A stretch of DNA of 21,614 nt, taken from positions 1-21,614 of the forward strand of contig JBMFNT010000013.1 in the NCBI GenBank assembly GCA_049970015.1. The letters run 5' to 3'. Positions within the stretch are counted from its first letter, which is position 1; every line of letters starts with the position of its first letter. The DNA is from Candidatus Micrarchaeia archaeon. Its GTDB lineage: Archaea; Micrarchaeota; Micrarchaeia; CAILAH01. A program made the translations under genes and the position numbers. Positions 17,826-21,614 of this stretch are shown piece after piece. The notes under the pieces were generated by a model that did not search any database, was not told the origin of the DNA, and saw only the letters and a program-made list of their open reading frames with translations.

Positions 17826-18052
17826 AGTAGAGTACTCACAACAACACTGACCGCGATTTTCATTAGGTTATCTTCCTCTACTTCTTCTAACTTTTCCACT
17901 ATTTCTTTCTCAACATCCTTCTCTATTACGGGCTCAATACGCTCAACTATCTTTTTTTCTTCAGTAGTAAGCTTGGGTGCTGGTGGAGCAGCCTTTTGCA
18001 CCTTCCTTTTAGTCATCTTCTTTTTAGCAAGTTTAGGTTTCCTCTTCGCCAT
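17702..18052 (-). CDS. Hypothetical membrane protein with a basic N-terminal tail, acidic linker and two C-terminal TM helices
   Basis: MAKRKPKLAKKKMTKRKVQK, an E-rich middle and two hydrophobic segments. SD-like GGTG upstream on the minus strand. Confidence 0.8.
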   Translation of the reverse strand: MAKRKPKLAKKKMTKRKVQKAAPPAPKLTTEEKKIVERIEPVIEKDVEKEIVEKLEEVEEDNLMKIAVSVVVSTLLAGILGAAIFYFNPLPTSQLALVTFVMWVILMIVTYFFQSK

Positions 18053-18114
18053 ATCAACACCAATATTATCATTATCCTGTTTATTTATAAATCTTTAAAC
18101 ACATTACTTACCAT

Positions 18115-18483
18115 ATGGAAAAAAGGCAAGAGCTCGAGACAATTCTTGCAGACCTTAGAAAGGTTGGTGACATAGATGCCAGTGCAATCGTACGCCGTGA
18201 TGGACTCATGGTTGCAAGCGATATGCCAAATTATGTTGATGCAAGAACAATTGCCGCTATGACAGCTGCACTTGTTGGGACTGCAGAAACTTCTGTTGGT
18301 GAGCTGAAGCTTGGAGAGTTTGGTCAAGTAGTGGTTGAAAGCAGTGAAGGTAAGCTTGTTGCAACCGGTGCTGGAGAGATGGCAATACTTGCGTGCCTGG
18401 TAAGCAAGGATGCAAACCTTGGCCTTGTACTACTTAGCATGGAAAAAAGCAGTAAGAAGATTATGAAAATATTGGGTGAATAA
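18115..18483 (+). CDS. Roadblock/LC7 (MglB-like) domain protein
   Basis: L..L.....IDASAIVRRDGLMVAS, IAAMTAAL.G.AE....EL..G...QV.VE...G, ANLGLV.L.M. Confidence 0.93.
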   Translation: MEKRQELETILADLRKVGDIDASAIVRRDGLMVASDMPNYVDARTIAAMTAALVGTAETSVGELKLGEFGQVVVESSEGKLVATGAGEMAILACLVSKDANLGLVLLSMEKSSKKIMKILGE

Positions 18484-18675
18484 ATGCTTCGTGAAGATGC
18501 TGAAGTCCTGATAAGCCGGGCTGTGAAAGTGTTTGGGCCCGTTGCACGGAAGATTGGGGAGGAGGTCTTAAGTGAGACAAAGGATGTAAAGGAATTTGAG
18601 ATTAAGTTTGTTGACAGGTTGGGAAAGATAACAGGAAACCGTACACTTGTTAGGAACATAATACATGGGGTGTAG
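18484..18675 (+). CDS. Small hypothetical helical protein (63 aa)
   Basis: Abuts the roadblock stop, has SD GGTGA upstream and ends 2 bp before the ATPase start. Confidence 0.75.
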   Translation: MLREDAEVLISRAVKVFGPVARKIGEEVLSETKDVKEFEIKFVDRLGKITGNRTLVRNIIHGV

Positions 18676-18677
18676 AG

Positions 18678-19397
18678 ATGCCTGGAACTGATAGATTGTC
18701 TACAGGGATTGAAGGATTCGATGATATGATTGAGGGTGGGTTTGAAAAGGGATCGATTGTCATGATTGCCGCAGAGGCCGGAACAGGAAAGAGTACGTTC
18801 GGCCTTCAGTACTTGTACAATGGCGCAGTAAATTACAATGAAGCTGGGCTTTACATAACATTTGAGGAGAGTAAGGGACAGGTATACAAGCACATGAAAA
18901 GGTTTGGTTGGGATTTTGAATCGCTAGAAAAGAAGAAGATGTTTAGCTTTATGCAGTACATGCCACACGAGGTTGACAAGTTCTTCAAGGATGGTACTGT
19001 AATAGAAGATATTGTGAGGGATAACAAGATAAAAAGAATCGTGCTTGACTCTGTTACATCATTTGCATTATTGTTCGAGAATGATTACAAGAGGAGGTTT
19101 TCAATACTACAGCTCTTCAACAACATAAAAAAGTGGGGTGTGACTGCACTTATAACCTCTGAAGGAGAAGTAACACATACAGGTGATCTCAAGGCGAGGT
19201 TTGGTGTGGAGTTCCTTGCTGATGCATTCATAGCAATCCATTCAATAAGAAGAAAAGAGATAAGGGATTTTGCGCTTGAGGTCGTAAAAATGCGTGGCAC
19301 CAATCATTTAAGAAGAATGGTGCCATTCAAGCTCATTGAAAATAAGGGGATTGTATTATATCCAAACCAGCCCGTGTTTGGGGATTCATCATTCTGA
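18678..19397 (+). CDS. Single-domain KaiC-like (RAD55/RecA superfamily) ATPase
   Basis: LSTGIEGFDDMIEGG, Walker A AEAGTGKS, YITFEES, Walker B IVLDS, LEVVKMRGTNH. Confidence 0.93.
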   Translation: MPGTDRLSTGIEGFDDMIEGGFEKGSIVMIAAEAGTGKSTFGLQYLYNGAVNYNEAGLYITFEESKGQVYKHMKRFGWDFESLEKKKMFSFMQYMPHEVDKFFKDGTVIEDIVRDNKIKRIVLDSVTSFALLFENDYKRRFSILQLFNNIKKWGVTALITSEGEVTHTGDLKARFGVEFLADAFIAIHSIRRKEIRDFALEVVKMRGTNHLRRMVPFKLIENKGIVLYPNQPVFGDSSF

Positions 19398-19432
19398 TAC
19401 ATATATAAAAATAAATGCAGGTATAACATAAT

Positions 19433-20467
19433 ATGGAATTTCTCAATGAGAAAGCCCTTCTACCAGAGTATGTACCAGACAAGCTTCCTGGAAGAGAGAA
19501 GGAGATTGAGGAGATTGCATACAACATAAGGCTTGCACTGGACGGGAGAAAACCAGAAAACATGCTGATATATGGGCCACCCGGCACAGGAAAGACAGTT
19601 GTGTTGAGATATGTTATGGAGAAGCTTAGCGAGTTTTCTGGGAAGGTTAGGATCGTTTATATAAACTGCTGGCATTCAGGTACTAGGTATGGTGTGTTCA
19701 GCGAGATTGCACACCACATAGGATACATTGCACCCATGAGAGGAACGGCAATAGAGGATGTGATAAAAAGGGTTGTTGAAATATCAAACAAGAAAAACCT
19801 ATTCATCGTGGTTGTGCTTGATGAGATGGATAGGCTCGTTGCCAGTGGGCATGGGGATGTGCTTTATGACTTAAATCGGCTTAATGAGAATTATAAGATG
19901 AAAATGAGTGTCATATCAATTGTCAATGATATAGGGCTTGTTTCAGTGCTTGACTCCCGCATAAGAAGCTCCATGATAAACCGTGATGTGGAATTCAAAC
20001 CGTATACTGTGCCACAGCTTAAAAAAATATTGGAGGAGCGTGCCAGGATTGCATTGTCTGGGTATAGTGAAGATGCAATAGGGCTTTGTGCAGCGCACGC
20101 ATACAAGGTTGGTGGAGATGCCAGGCTTGCTATAAACCTGTTGCTAACAGCGTCAAGAATTGCTGAGAAGGAAGATGCAAAAATGTTGGATGTTGACCAT
20201 GTAAGAAAGGCTATTGAAATGAAGGGCAGTCTAAGAAAATGTGAGAAAAGTGATGTGGTGCTCGATGAAAATGAAAAATTAATAGTTAGCTATATCAAAG
20301 AGAATGGAGAGGTCAAGAGTGGGGATCTCTACAAAAGGTTTGGTAAGATTAATGAAAGGTCAATGAGGAATTACTTAAAGCGTTTGGAAGATTCTGGCAT
20401 TATCGAGACCGTTCCTGCGAAAGGAAGGGGGAGGTCACGGATAATATATCTTGCAAAAAGTGATTGA
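19433..20467 (+). CDS. cdc6: Cdc6/Orc1 family replication initiator
   Basis: YVPDKLPGREKEI, GPPGTGKT, YINC, VLDEMD, F.PY...QL..IL..R, GDAR.A, and a C-terminal winged helix. Confidence 0.95.
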   Translation: MEFLNEKALLPEYVPDKLPGREKEIEEIAYNIRLALDGRKPENMLIYGPPGTGKTVVLRYVMEKLSEFSGKVRIVYINCWHSGTRYGVFSEIAHHIGYIAPMRGTAIEDVIKRVVEISNKKNLFIVVVLDEMDRLVASGHGDVLYDLNRLNENYKMKMSVISIVNDIGLVSVLDSRIRSSMINRDVEFKPYTVPQLKKILEERARIALSGYSEDAIGLCAAHAYKVGGDARLAINLLLTASRIAEKEDAKMLDVDHVRKAIEMKGSLRKCEKSDVVLDENEKLIVSYIKENGEVKSGDLYKRFGKINERSMRNYLKRLEDSGIIETVPAKGRGRSRIIYLAKSD

Positions 20468-21502
20468 ATGAATACTTCTGAGAAGTTTAGGCTCATTACA
20501 CGAAACCTTTGGGAGGTTATAGGGGAAGACGAATTGATGAGTATACTCAGCGAAAGAAACCTCAAGGTTTATTGGGGGACTGCACCCACTGGAAAGCTGC
20601 ATATCGGATATTTTGTGCCCATGGTCAAAATATCGGATTTTCTAAAGGCGGGTTGTGAAGTTACTATACTGATTGCAGATCTGCATGCATACCTTGACAA
20701 TATGAAAACTTCATGGGAGTTGCTTGATTACAGGACTAAATATTATGAGGAAGCCATAAAATGTCTTCTTGAAATTATTGGTGTTGATATTAAGAAGCTG
20801 AAATTCGTGAGAGGTACTGACATACAGTTAAGCAAGGAATATACGCTTGACGTGTATAGACTGTGTTCGCTTGTAACCGTACATGACGCGAGAAAGGCAG
20901 GAGCAGACGTGGTAAAGCAGGTGGAATCGCCAAAAATAGGTGGGATCATCTACCCTCTCCTCCAATCAATTGATGAAGAATATCTTGGTGTTGATGCGCA
21001 GTTTGGTGGCCTTGACCAAAGGAAAATTTTTGTGTTTGCTGGAGAATACTTGCCAAAGTTAGGGTACAGGAAAAGAATACATCTCATGAACCCAATGATG
21101 CCCGGGCTAAGTGGTGGAAAGATGAGCTCATCAGAACCAGAATCAAAAATTGACTTGTTGGACAGTGAGAGTGATATAAGAAGAAAGTTTGGAAAAACAT
21201 TCTGTCCTGCCGGAACTGTTGAAAACAATGGGGTGCTTGCGCTCTGCAAAAATGTTGTGTTTCCTATACTTGAGGCAAAACATGAAACATTTATTGTTAA
21301 TAGGCCTGAAAAGTTTGGTGGGAATGTTGAATTTGGAAGTTATGAAGAGTTGGAAAAAGCATATGTTGAGAACAAGCTACATCCAATGGATTTGAAAAAT
21401 GCAGTTGCTGATGTGTTTGTATGCCTTCTTAGGCCAATGCGTGAGCATTTCCAGAAAGATGAGCTTAGGGAGATTGTAAAGAAGGCATATCCTGAAGGGT
21501 GA
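20468..21502 (+). CDS. tyrS: Tyrosine--tRNA ligase (archaeal/eukaryotic type)
   Basis: [46 protein letters not shown]. Confidence 0.97.
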   Translation: MNTSEKFRLITRNLWEVIGEDELMSILSERNLKVYWGTAPTGKLHIGYFVPMVKISDFLKAGCEVTILIADLHAYLDNMKTSWELLDYRTKYYEEAIKCLLEIIGVDIKKLKFVRGTDIQLSKEYTLDVYRLCSLVTVHDARKAGADVVKQVESPKIGGIIYPLLQSIDEEYLGVDAQFGGLDQRKIFVFAGEYLPKLGYRKRIHLMNPMMPGLSGGKMSSSEPESKIDLLDSESDIRRKFGKTFCPAGTVENNGVLALCKNVVFPILEAKHETFIVNRPEKFGGNVEFGSYEELEKAYVENKLHPMDLKNAVADVFVCLLRPMREHFQKDELREIVKKAYPEG

Positions 21503-21614
21503 CATGCCCCCACCCTTAAAATGCGTGGGCTTCTTGCTTCACATTTCTTGTGTTCGCTTTCATCCCACAGCTCCCATGTGAGATTTCTCGCTCACAAAAG
21601 GTTAAACTATCTAC
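21499..21614 (-). mobile_element. Probable IS200/IS605-family right end with the C-terminal tail of a TnpB-like ORF (truncated by the window end)
   Basis: The minus strand reads ...GAAGCCCACGCATTTTAAGGGTGGGGGCATGTCAC, an imperfect subterminal hairpin ending in TCAC. An open frame from the edge to 21516 ends ...KQEAHAF*, resembling TnpB tails that run into the right end. No RuvC motif is visible in the window. Confidence 0.65.

Noticed and set aside
19398..19432. Replication origin adjacent to cdc6
   Set aside because: There are only 35 bp upstream and 0 bp downstream of cdc6, with no ORB motifs.
430..21395. Numerous short antisense or alternate-frame ORFs in the track (e.g. 2253-2699, 4008-4460, 10042-10506, 14367-14789, 18324-18893)
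   Set aside because: They lie within or largely overlap well-supported genes and have the composition typical of shadow ORFs, with no motifs.

Overview
Compact, AT-rich archaeal chromosomal segment with tightly packed or overlapping genes. It encodes GatD, archaeal NAC, fibrillarin, Cdc6/Orc1, a histone fold and a BHB-type tRNA intron. The style suggests a small-genome DPANN lineage such as Micrarchaeota, but that is inference. Most genes are housekeeping: deoxyhypusine synthase, gatD, nac, topA, mgtE, flpA, cdc6 and tyrS, plus two large predicted surface proteins and a Roadblock/KaiC-like ATPase operon. The window opens inside a 93-bp tandem repeat and closes in a probable IS200/IS605 (tnpB) right end that overlaps the tyrS stop codon. 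The most unusual elements are: (1) a tRNA-Gly(GCC) gene with a 205-nt intron that has a perfect bulge-helix-bulge motif and is built from about 2.4 tandem copies of a 79-nt multi-hairpin unit; (2) a 46-aa, 80% Asp/Glu microprotein missing from the ORF track; (3) a histone variant with a basic loop-2 insertion; (4) an HDAC-family protein with substituted catalytic residues; (5) a PAP2 phosphatase/polyprenol-kinase fusion; (6) an exact 71-bp copy of a coding segment in the adjacent intergenic region between 13-bp direct repeats. All family calls come from motif recognition by eye, with no database search.
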